Shown here in pieces: positions 27,882-36,654 of a DNA stretch of 64,000 nt (positions within the stretch are counted from its first letter, which is position 1; each line of letters begins with the position of its first letter). This stretch comes from Desulfobulbaceae bacterium UBA5121. Its GTDB lineage: Bacteria > Desulfobacterota > Desulfobulbia > Desulfobulbales > UBA5123. The translations under genes were made by a program, and so were the position numbers. The stretch spans positions 68,750-132,749 of the forward strand of contig DHYV01000014.1 of NCBI GenBank assembly GCA_002414225.1, given 5' to 3'. The notes under the pieces were generated by a model. The model searched no databases. It had not been told where the DNA came from and saw only the letters and a program-made list of their open reading frames with translations.

Positions 27882-28658
27882 ATGGATTCGGAACCCAAAG
27901 CACAACCGAAAGTAGTGGCCATCATTCCGGCCCGCTATCACTCCAACCGTTTCGAGGGCAAGCCCCTGGCCCTGATCCTCGGCAAACCGATGATCCAGCA
28001 CGTTTACGAACGGGCGGTGGCGGTACCGCTGCTCTCCCGGGTGGCGGTGGCCACCGACGACGAGCGTATCGCCGCCTGTGTGCGCGGTTTTGGCGGCGAG
28101 GTGGTGATGACCCGCTCCGACCATGTTTCCGGCACCGACCGGCTCGCCGAGGCGGCCTCCATCATGGACATCCGGGAACAGGACGTGGTGGTCAATATCC
28201 AGGGCGACCAGCCCCTCTTCCCCGCCGAGGTGGTCGCCCAGGTGGCGACCCCGCTGCTCGAAGACCCGGCGCTGCCCATGGCCACCCTGATCTACAAGAT
28301 CGTCCGCCGGGAGGAGATCAACGACCCCAACCACGTGAAGACCGTTTTCGACCGGCACGGCCGGGCGCTCTACTTCTCCCGTTCGCCCATCCCCTTCCAG
28401 CGCAATCCCGACGAGCCGGTGCCGCCCACCTATTACAAGCATCTGGGGTTCTACGCCTACCGAAAGGGGTTCTTGCTCACCTTCGTGGGGCTGCCCGAGG
28501 GCGAGTGGGAGCGGTTCGAGAAGCTTGAACAGCTCCGCGCCCTGGAGTTCGGCTACGACATCCGGGTGGTGCTCACCGAGCATGACTCGGTGGAGGTGGA
28601 TACGCCAAAGGATCTGGATCGGGTGGAGGAGATCCTCCGGAGGGTTGGCGTCGGCTGA
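27882..28658 (+). CDS. kdsB: 3-deoxy-manno-octulosonate cytidylyltransferase
   Basis: IIPARYHSNRFEGKPLA, SGTDR, ALYFSRSPIP, EKLEQLRALE, VEVDT; start ATG 27882. Confidence 0.93.
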   Translation: MDSEPKAQPKVVAIIPARYHSNRFEGKPLALILGKPMIQHVYERAVAVPLLSRVAVATDDERIAACVRGFGGEVVMTRSDHVSGTDRLAEAASIMDIREQDVVVNIQGDQPLFPAEVVAQVATPLLEDPALPMATLIYKIVRREEINDPNHVKTVFDRHGRALYFSRSPIPFQRNPDEPVPPTYYKHLGFYAYRKGFLLTFVGLPEGEWERFEKLEQLRALEFGYDIRVVLTEHDSVEVDTPKDLDRVEEILRRVGVG

Positions 28659-28806
28659 TACGCCTGGCGGGACGGGATTTGTTGGTTCAATGGTGTGTCA
28701 GGAATGCTTGACAGTCTGAAGTGTAAAGATGTTCTGAAGTAATACTTTTTACTGTTTGTCGTTGCAGAATCAAGAAAATACCATAAACTGATTGAAAGGT
28801 GTGATC

Positions 28807-29733
28807 ATGCGTAAAAAGATGACGATTATCGGTGCCGGCAACGTCGGCGCCACGGCGGCCCACTGGGCGGCGAGCCGCGGGATTGCCGACGTGGTGTTGC
28901 TGGACGTGGTGGAAGGCGTGCCCCAGGGCAAGGCCCTTGATCTTTCCCAGGCCGGCCCGGTGGACGGTTTTTCGGTCTCGCTGACCGGCTCCAATGACTT
29001 TGCCGATTCGGCCGGCTCCGACGTGGTGATCATCACCGCCGGGCTCGCCCGCAAGCCCGGCATGTCCCGTGACGACTTGCTGGCCAAGAACGTGGCCATC
29101 GTCAAGTCCTGCGCCGAGCAGGCGGCCAAGCATTCGCCCGAGGCGGTGCTCATCGTGGTGACCAACCCCATCGATGCCATGGTTTACACCGCCTTCAAGG
29201 TTTCCGGCTTCCCCAAGAACCGGGTGATCGGCATGGCGGGGGTGCTTGATTCGGCCCGTTACCGCACCTTCCTCGCCCAGGCGCTGGGGGTTGCCCCCCG
29301 AGACGTCAACGCCCTGGTGATGGGCATTCACGGCGACAACATGCTGCCGCTGGTGCGGCTTGCCAACGTGGCCGGGGTGCCGGTTTCGGCGTTGCTTTCC
29401 GAAGAGGAGCTGGCCGCCATCGTCAAGCGTACCCAGCACGGTGGGGCCGAGATCGTCAACCATCTCAAGACCGGCAGCGCCTTTTACACCCCGGGGCTCG
29501 CCGCCGTGGAGATGGCCGAGGCGGTGCTTGCCGACTCCAAGCGGGTGCTGCCTTGCGCCGCTTATCTCGAGGGCGAGTTCGGCTTCAGCGGCTGTTTCCT
29601 CGGCGTGCCGGTGGTGATCGGCGCCAGCGGCGTCGAGCGGATCCTCGAATTCCCCCTGACCGACGAAGAGAAGGCGGCCATGGCCGAGTCCGAGGTCGCG
29701 GTCCGCAAGCAGATGGCCGCCACCGGCCTGTAA
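28807..29733 (+). CDS. mdh: Malate dehydrogenase (LDH-like type)
   Basis: IIGAGNVG, TAGLARKPGMSRDDLL, VVTNPIDAM, LDSARYR, GIHGD, TGSAFY. Confidence 0.93.
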   Translation: MRKKMTIIGAGNVGATAAHWAASRGIADVVLLDVVEGVPQGKALDLSQAGPVDGFSVSLTGSNDFADSAGSDVVIITAGLARKPGMSRDDLLAKNVAIVKSCAEQAAKHSPEAVLIVVTNPIDAMVYTAFKVSGFPKNRVIGMAGVLDSARYRTFLAQALGVAPRDVNALVMGIHGDNMLPLVRLANVAGVPVSALLSEEELAAIVKRTQHGGAEIVNHLKTGSAFYTPGLAAVEMAEAVLADSKRVLPCAAYLEGEFGFSGCFLGVPVVIGASGVERILEFPLTDEEKAAMAESEVAVRKQMAATGL

Positions 29734-29919
29734 TGGCGCGGGCCGCCTGCGTCCCTTGTGTTTTCGGCAGGTTCCCCGCGTCCCGTCGCCGCAGGCGGCT
29801 GGGCTGGGCAAAGGCGATGCCGTGGGGAGCCCCTGTTCGCGGGAACGTCTTTCCGTAGATTCAGGCTCCTTCTTCACAACCTGTCCGGCAGCATGCGGAT
29901 GAAGCGATAGCGGGTGCTC

Positions 29920-32217
29920 ATGCGTGCAAACAATCACCTGAAGACGGTGGCGGCCAGTCTGGACGCCCTTGCCGCCACCGGTTTCACCCCCCTCGACCTC
30001 CTGCCCCACGCCACCCTGGCCGAGAAGGTGATCGAACTCGCCCTTGCCGGTCCGCCGGACGGTCCGCCCGGCATGACCGCCGGCCTGGTCGCACTGGCCG
30101 AGGCACTGGCCGGGGTGGAAACCGATCAGCTCCGGGTGGTGGTCTTTGGCGGCGGCACGGGTCTTGCCAACGTCCGCGGGGGTGCCTCCCGCCTCTCCGA
30201 TTGGCCGCGTGCGCCCTTTCAGGGACTCAAAGAACTCTTTCCCCAGACTTCCGCCGTGGTCTGCGTCACCGATGACGGCGGCTCAACCGGCGAGCTGCTC
30301 AAGGAGCTGCCGCTGGTCGCCCTGGGCGATCTGCGGCACGTTCTCCTCGCCTCGGTGCGTTTTGATCGGCTGGCCACCCGCCACCGTCTCACCTTTGGCC
30401 AGGTGCAGCCGGTGGTCGCCACCCTCCATGCCCTGTTCAACTGCCGTTATGAGCAGCGGCCCGCCTCGGCGGCAGACCTCCTCGGCGCGCAGGACATCGA
30501 CCTCCGCATCCTGCCGGCCGAGATGCGCGCCGGTCTTGGGGGGCTGCTCGCCGCGCTCTTCACCGAACCCCGTTACCAGCCGCTGCTCGCGCGTCCCAAC
30601 TGCCTGGGCAACCTCCTGCTGGCGGTGGCCATCTGCCAGCATCTCCCCACCTTCCCTCCTGCCGGAGCGGTGCCGGCGGCGGCGGTGAGCGCCGGCCTGC
30701 GGTTCCTTGCCGGCTGTATCGGGGCGACCCCGGACGCGGTGCTGCCCTGTACCGCCACCCCGGCCTGGCTCAAGGTGCTCTATGCCAACGGCGTGCTGGT
30801 CAGCGGGGAACAGAAATCCGGCGAGGCGCGGCGCAACTCGCCGGTGGATCGGGTCTTCGTCGAGTTCGCCGAGCCGCCGCAGGTGCTGCCCGAGGTAAGG
30901 GAGGCCATCGCGGCCGCGGATATCATTATTTTCGCGCCAGGCAGTCTCTACACCAGCATCATCCCCATCTTGCAGGTGCCGGGCCTGGTGGAGGCGGTCC
31001 GGGCCAATCGGCGGGCGATGAAGATCCTCATCGCCAACCTCTGGGCGCAGAAGGGGGAAACCGATCTGGTCCGCGAGGATCCGCGCCGCCGTTTTTTCGT
31101 CTCCGACCTACTGGCCGCCTACCAGCGCAATATCCCCGGCGGCGTCACCGATCTCTTCGGGCAGATCCTGGTTCTCGGTCTGCAGGACATTCCCGGCACC
31201 GTGCTCCAGGGGTATGCCTTCGAGAACAAGGTGCCCATCTATCTCGACCGGGAGCGGGTGAGCGACATGGGGATCACCGTGGTCGAGGGCCGGCTCTTCT
31301 CGCAGCGGGCATTGGTGGAACGGCAGGTGGTCCAGCACGACCCCGCCGCCTTGGCGGTGGCGATCCGGGCACTGTGGGCGGTGCGAAACCGGGTGCCGGA
31401 GTCGGTGGTCAACAACCACCTCCCGCCGGCCTATCCCATGGGGGCTGTGCTGGTGGACGGGGAGCACCGCTGCCCCTGTCATCGTCGCCAGGCGTTCCGG
31501 GAGCGTCTCGCCGGCCTCGCCGGTAACGGTGCCGTTCAACAGGTGCTCGACATCCTCTGGCAGCACGGCGATATTCCCCTGGCTCATCTCGACTGTGTGG
31601 ACGGCATTGAGTTCCTCGACACCGGCGTCTGGTGCCGCAGCCAGCAGTGGGACAACATCTTTTCCTTCTACGATCCGGCCGACGGCCGGATCAAGATTCG
31701 GGCGGACATGCTGGCCCAGCCCGACCGTTTTGAAACCGCTTTTTTGGTGGCCCTGGGGCAATCGCTGCTCGGCAACTACGCGGCTGAAAAGGAGATGCGG
31801 CCGGTGGCGCAGGATGGCGAACTGCTCGGCCACAGTTTCCGTCTCCGCCTCCGTGAGGCCGCGGGCTGGCGCGCCTTCCTGTCGCCCGAGGATATCGCCC
31901 GTTATCTCGTGCTGGCCCGCATGCGCCGCGCCGAGTCCGATCCCGGCCTTTACTTCCGGCTGACCAACGGCGACGAGGCGTTCACCCCCCCTGGCCTGCT
32001 TTTTGGTCTTACCTATGCCTGGTATCTGGACAACCGTCTCGCCTCACATATAGAATACAAGATGGCCATCGCCCGCGCCGAGATCTCTGATCTGGTGCCA
32101 GCCCAAGTCAAGATGGCCTCCCGCCGACAGGCTCTGGTCAAATTTTTCCGTGAAAAGGTTTTTCTGCAGGCTGCCCAGCTGTTGGCGGAGCGGCCTGTCG
32201 AACGATCCGATTCGTGA
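29920..32217 (+). CDS. YvcK/CofD-like (gluconeogenesis factor) protein with a long C-terminal extension
   Basis: VVFGGGTGL, VTDDGGSTG, PGSLYTSIIP; far longer than the roughly 300-aa typical YvcK. Confidence 0.82.
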   Translation: MRANNHLKTVAASLDALAATGFTPLDLLPHATLAEKVIELALAGPPDGPPGMTAGLVALAEALAGVETDQLRVVVFGGGTGLANVRGGASRLSDWPRAPFQGLKELFPQTSAVVCVTDDGGSTGELLKELPLVALGDLRHVLLASVRFDRLATRHRLTFGQVQPVVATLHALFNCRYEQRPASAADLLGAQDIDLRILPAEMRAGLGGLLAALFTEPRYQPLLARPNCLGNLLLAVAICQHLPTFPPAGAVPAAAVSAGLRFLAGCIGATPDAVLPCTATPAWLKVLYANGVLVSGEQKSGEARRNSPVDRVFVEFAEPPQVLPEVREAIAAADIIIFAPGSLYTSIIPILQVPGLVEAVRANRRAMKILIANLWAQKGETDLVREDPRRRFFVSDLLAAYQRNIPGGVTDLFGQILVLGLQDIPGTVLQGYAFENKVPIYLDRERVSDMGITVVEGRLFSQRALVERQVVQHDPAALAVAIRALWAVRNRVPESVVNNHLPPAYPMGAVLVDGEHRCPCHRRQAFRERLAGLAGNGAVQQVLDILWQHGDIPLAHLDCVDGIEFLDTGVWCRSQQWDNIFSFYDPADGRIKIRADMLAQPDRFETAFLVALGQSLLGNYAAEKEMRPVAQDGELLGHSFRLRLREAAGWRAFLSPEDIARYLVLARMRRAESDPGLYFRLTNGDEAFTPPGLLFGLTYAWYLDNRLASHIEYKMAIARAEISDLVPAQVKMASRRQALVKFFREKVFLQAAQLLAERPVERSDS

Positions 32218-32229
32218 GGGAGGTGGCCC

Positions 32230-33111
32230 ATGCAATTGTCTGAATGTATGGATGTGGCGGCGGGACCGGTTTGCGTGAGTGTGCGGGTGCGGAACGAGGC
32301 CGTGGTTCAGGGGCTGCACGCCGGGCTGGTGGCGTTGAGCCGGGTGGAAGAGGTCCACTGCCGTCGCCACGAGCACCACTGGCTGCTCATCGTCTGTGGG
32401 GCACCCACCAACAACCCCGATCCGCTGCTTGAGGCGGTGGCCGGCTTGATCGACCAGTTCGGCCCCCAGGCGGCAGAGGTGATCGATGTCCGCCGCGGGG
32501 CCACGCAGCTGCCCCAGGATGCCAGCGGCTACAGGATTTCTCCCCGCTTCCGGGTGGTGAGCGGTAGGGCGCTGCCAGGGGCCGATACCATCGTCCTTGG
32601 GACGGCCCAGGTCTTCGGCACCGGCGCCCATCCCAGCACCAAGCTGGCCGTGCGGGCCATGGAGGAACTGGCGGCGACCGGCGGGCCGTTTCCCGCCACC
32701 GTTCTCGACGTCGGCACCGGTTCCGGGATTCTGGCCCTGATCGCCGCCCGGCTGGGCGCGCGGGCGGTGCTGGGGATTGACATCTGTGTCGAGGCGGTGA
32801 CGGTGGCTCGGGCCAACGTGCGGGCCAACGGCTGTACAGACCGGGTCCACATCGAGGCGACCCCCCTGGCCGAGGTGACCGAAACCTACGATCTGGTGCT
32901 GATCAACGTCACCGCCTCGGTGTTCCTGCGCTTGGCCGAGGCCATCATCGCCAGGCTGCGGCCCGGCGCCTGCCTGATCGTCGCCGGCCTGCAGGGCCGT
33001 CAGGGCGGTGAAATCGAGGCGCTGCTCGACGGCTACGGTCTGACGGCAAGCAGCCGTTACAGCGAGGGCAAGTGGCGGGGGCTGACCCTGCGCATGCCGG
33101 CCGCTGACTGA
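32230..33111 (+). CDS. prmA: 50S ribosomal protein L11 methyltransferase PrmA-like
   Basis: FGTGAHPST, VLDVGTGSGILA, AVTVARANVRANG; divergent N-terminus. Confidence 0.75.
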   Translation: MQLSECMDVAAGPVCVSVRVRNEAVVQGLHAGLVALSRVEEVHCRRHEHHWLLIVCGAPTNNPDPLLEAVAGLIDQFGPQAAEVIDVRRGATQLPQDASGYRISPRFRVVSGRALPGADTIVLGTAQVFGTGAHPSTKLAVRAMEELAATGGPFPATVLDVGTGSGILALIAARLGARAVLGIDICVEAVTVARANVRANGCTDRVHIEATPLAEVTETYDLVLINVTASVFLRLAEAIIARLRPGACLIVAGLQGRQGGEIEALLDGYGLTASSRYSEGKWRGLTLRMPAAD

Positions 33112-33305
33112 GGCGGTTCCTGCCGCCTTGCCGAGGGCCTTCCGGCCTCTTGGGGACGCTGGTGCGGCTTACGGCGGGGAGAGCGGCGTGGGGGGGCTTC
33201 CCGCTCTGGGTGAAGTCGGAGGCCAGAAGCCAGGAGAAAAGCCTCCAAATCGGTTTTCCGAGTCCTGGTTTCGCTTCGCCGTAAGCCTGCGGGCCACCTT
33301 CCGTC

Positions 33306-35570
33306 GTGAAGCGGGCAAGCCGATTGCACCGGTCCACGGCAGTCGTACACAGGGGTGGCACCCCTTTGCTCTGTCGGTTCCGGGGGGGGCCGGCCAACGT
33401 CATCACTGGACCAGCAGCCTTGCCAAGATATAAGACACGCATCGCCTCCAGGTCCGTTGCCGCTCGGCAACTGCCCTGGGGGGTGACCGCCCTGCTCGTG
33501 GCCGTTGCCGCGGGCGGGGCCGTTGCCGCCGGCGCCTTCGAGCAGATAGGGGCCATTCCCTGGTATGGGGTGTGCGTGGCCGGGGTGCTGGTGGCTGCCG
33601 CCGCGGTTGCCGGCCTGGATCTGGCGCTGGGGCGGGAGCCGGTAACCGCGGTCGCCACTGTGGCGCAGCCCTTGCTCTGGGCGGTGGTGGCCGAGGTGAT
33701 CTTCCGGGCCATGTCCCCGTTTGCCTCCCAGGTCATCGTGCTGCCGGCGCTGCTGCTCGGCGCCTTCGTCGTTCTCCTGCCGCCGTTGGTGGCTTTCTTG
33801 CCGCTGCTGCTGGTGCTCGCCGTGGAGGCGGGGCTCGCCCTGAACGGCCATCAGGGGGAGGGTACCCTGGCAGTGAACGGCACCGTTTTCCTGGGAACCT
33901 GCGGTGGCTGCTTCCTCTTTACCCGCGGCAGGGTTTACTGTGCCAGCCGCCGTGGCCGGCGGGCCGACGCCCACCGCGAGGCCGGGGAACGCGAGTACGC
34001 CCGGGATCTCGGCTTTGCCGACGCCCCGCCGCCGGTGGCCACGGTGGTCGATCCGGTCGACGAAACCGACACCCTTGCCGGTGACCGCGCGATCCTGGAA
34101 AGTGTCGCCGCCTCCTTTGACCTGCAGCTGGAGATTATCCGCCGCAGCCTGGCCCTATCCACCGTGGCCCTCTTCTGGGCCGAAGCGGCCGGCGAGTCCT
34201 ACAAGCTGCGGGCCGTGGCAAGCTGTCGGGACGACATCGTCACCGGGCCGTTTGCCATGGGGGCAGGCATTCTCGGGATACTCAACCGCAGTGGCCAGGA
34301 GGTGATTCTCGCCCCCCTGGAGGGCGACTACGGCGGGCTGCCCTACTATGGGCGGCGGGGCGGAGTGGGTGGTGTCTTTGCCGCGGTGGTTCCGGACGGT
34401 GACGGTGACCCGGCCGGCGAGCGGCGGGGCGGGGTGCTCTGTGCCGATCGGGCCGAGTCGGCGCCGTGGCAGAACTCGGAGATTGAGGTGTTGCGGCTTG
34501 CCAGCCGTAAGCTCGGCCTCAACGTCGCCATGGGCCGCCGGCTTCTCGAGATGGACCGGGAGCGGGCCGCCATCCGCCAGGTGTGCGTGGGGCTGCGCGA
34601 GTTGAACGGGGTGCTCGACCTCGCCTCGGCCTTTGACGCCACGGTGGCCACGGTCCAGCGGCTGCTGGCGGTCGACTTTGTCGCCATTTCGCTCAAGGAG
34701 GAGGAGTGCCACCGGGTGGTGCGCGCCGAGGGCAGGGGGGCGGACGCTTTCCGCGATTGCGCCTTCTGTAAGGATGACGGCCTGGTGGGACAGGCGCTTG
34801 CCAAGAATCGGACCCTGCCCACCAACGGCGTCAACCGCACCGCCGCCCCCATCTTCAGCAGCGACCGCCGGGTGGCCGACTTCAAGTCGCTGCTCATCGT
34901 GCCGTTGCGCAAGGAGGTGGGCGAGCCCATCGGCGCCCTGGTTGTAGCGGCCCGCGCCGCCGGTGCCTTCAGCCGGCAGGGCCAGGAGATCCTGGAACTC
35001 ATTGCCACCCAGATGGCGGTGAAGATCGACCTTGCCAGGGCCCATGACGAGATCAACCGGCTCGCCACCACCGACGGCCTTACCGGTCTCGCCAACCACC
35101 GCACCTTCCAGCACGCCTTCGAGGTCATGCTGGAGCGGGCCCGGCGTCAGCAGCGGCCGCTCTGCCTGTTGCTCTGCGATATCGACCACTTTAAGGGGAT
35201 CAACGACACCTTCGGTCATCCCTTTGGCGACCGGGTACTCCAGGCGGTGGCGGGCGTCCTCGGCGAGTCGGTCCGTCAGGTGGATCTTGCCGCCCGTTAC
35301 GGGGGGGAGGAGTTCGTGCTGGTTCTGGAGGACGCCGATGAACGGGGCGGCATCCGGATGGCCGAGCGGATTCGGGCGGCCGTGGCCGCGCTCACTCTCG
35401 CCTGCGAACAGGTGACCGTCACCGTTACCCTCTCCCTCGGGCTTTCCGTCTACCCGACGGACGCCACCGACAAGGCCGAGTTGCTTGGCCGGGCCGACCA
35501 GGCCCTTTATCGCGCCAAGGGAGCGGGCCGCAACCGCACCGTGGTCTGGTCGAGGATCGGCCGCAACTGA
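33306..35570 (+). CDS. Membrane diguanylate cyclase (TM region, GAF, GAF, GGDEF); start uncertain (TTG 33420 plausible)
   Basis: TDGLTGLANHR, CDIDHFKGINDTFGH, RQVD I-site, RYGGEEF, ADQALYRAK. Confidence 0.9.
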   Translation: MKRASRLHRSTAVVHRGGTPLLCRFRGGPANVITGPAALPRYKTRIASRSVAARQLPWGVTALLVAVAAGGAVAAGAFEQIGAIPWYGVCVAGVLVAAAAVAGLDLALGREPVTAVATVAQPLLWAVVAEVIFRAMSPFASQVIVLPALLLGAFVVLLPPLVAFLPLLLVLAVEAGLALNGHQGEGTLAVNGTVFLGTCGGCFLFTRGRVYCASRRGRRADAHREAGEREYARDLGFADAPPPVATVVDPVDETDTLAGDRAILESVAASFDLQLEIIRRSLALSTVALFWAEAAGESYKLRAVASCRDDIVTGPFAMGAGILGILNRSGQEVILAPLEGDYGGLPYYGRRGGVGGVFAAVVPDGDGDPAGERRGGVLCADRAESAPWQNSEIEVLRLASRKLGLNVAMGRRLLEMDRERAAIRQVCVGLRELNGVLDLASAFDATVATVQRLLAVDFVAISLKEEECHRVVRAEGRGADAFRDCAFCKDDGLVGQALAKNRTLPTNGVNRTAAPIFSSDRRVADFKSLLIVPLRKEVGEPIGALVVAARAAGAFSRQGQEILELIATQMAVKIDLARAHDEINRLATTDGLTGLANHRTFQHAFEVMLERARRQQRPLCLLLCDIDHFKGINDTFGHPFGDRVLQAVAGVLGESVRQVDLAARYGGEEFVLVLEDADERGGIRMAERIRAAVAALTLACEQVTVTVTLSLGLSVYPTDATDKAELLGRADQALYRAKGAGRNRTVVWSRIGRN

Positions 35571-35586
35571 TGCCAGCGAGGAAGCC

Positions 35587-36588
35587 ATGTATCTGGCCCG
35601 ACGGCGCGTCAAGGGAGTCATCCACTACCTGTTGCGCCACTCCTACCGCGAGAACGGGGTATGGTTGAGCCGCGATCTGGTGGAACTCGGGCCAGAGCCG
35701 GGGCGTCATATCCACTATCCCGGCGGCCACGCCTTCTGGGTCGATGCCGCCGTTGAGGAGCAGTTGCGCGCCCGGGGCCTCGACTTTGATGCGGAGGCCC
35801 TGGAGACCTTGCTGCTCCCCTTTGTCCGCCGCGATATCCGCGAACGGTACGAGCGTTTTACCAGGCACCGCCCCACCACGCCTCCCTTTGCCACGGCAGA
35901 CGAGGAACGGGTGGCGTGTGAGGTTCACCGCTTCGATCGGCGGCGTCTCCATTATCTTCGCTACGGCGCCCTGGACCAGAGCCGGCTCTACCGGATGCCG
36001 GCCCGGATGTGCCGGCTGCTCCTCGACAAGTCCCGAGACGAGATCGAACAGCTCTTCATGACCGAGGAAGAGGTGCTGGCGCCAACCGAGTGGAAGGAGT
36101 ACGTCTACGCGATCCTGGACCTGGCCCGGTACTTCGACGAGACGGCCGCCCGGATCGTGCCCTCGGCCCTTCCGGAGGCGCGGCTCGACGAGCTGGTGGT
36201 GACCGAACTCTGCCGGCTCCAGCAGGACGCTGCCTTCTGGGCCGGGATGGCATCTGCCGCCAACGCCCTCGATCCCTATCTGGTCCGTTACCTCATCATG
36301 TACTTTGACAGCGACTGGCCGCGCCGCCAGCCCTGGGACGACACTCTCCGCCGCTTCATCGACGACCACCGCCGGCCCCAGTCGCCGCCCTCCCAGCGGT
36401 TGAGGATGGAGGAGGCGGCGCGGTTGTTCGGTGTCGACTGGGCCGCACTCAAGAGGCTCAACCGCCGGCAGCTGACCAAGCTCTACCGGCAGCGGGCCCA
36501 TCTTCTCCATCCGGACAAGGGCGGCGAGGCGGCCGACTTCGCGACCCTGACCGCCATGTATCGCCATCTCCGGCGGCATCTGCGGTAG
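35587..36588 (+). CDS. Hypothetical protein with C-terminal J-domain
   Basis: C-terminal LTKLYRQRAHLLHPDKGG with the HPD motif; GAGG SD; ATG 16 nt after the DGC stop. Confidence 0.75.
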   Translation: MYLARRRVKGVIHYLLRHSYRENGVWLSRDLVELGPEPGRHIHYPGGHAFWVDAAVEEQLRARGLDFDAEALETLLLPFVRRDIRERYERFTRHRPTTPPFATADEERVACEVHRFDRRRLHYLRYGALDQSRLYRMPARMCRLLLDKSRDEIEQLFMTEEEVLAPTEWKEYVYAILDLARYFDETAARIVPSALPEARLDELVVTELCRLQQDAAFWAGMASAANALDPYLVRYLIMYFDSDWPRRQPWDDTLRRFIDDHRRPQSPPSQRLRMEEAARLFGVDWAALKRLNRRQLTKLYRQRAHLLHPDKGGEAADFATLTAMYRHLRRHLR

Positions 36589-36654
36589 ATCCCGGCGGGC
36601 GGCCCACGGTGTTTCGGGAGTGGGCTGCCCTGCGGCGGAAGTTCTGCCGGCGCT

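Noticed and set aside
27690-28583. N-terminal extension of the 567-aa rsmJ ORF
   Set aside because: It is the antisense shadow of kdsB; RsmJ similarity begins at ATG 27689
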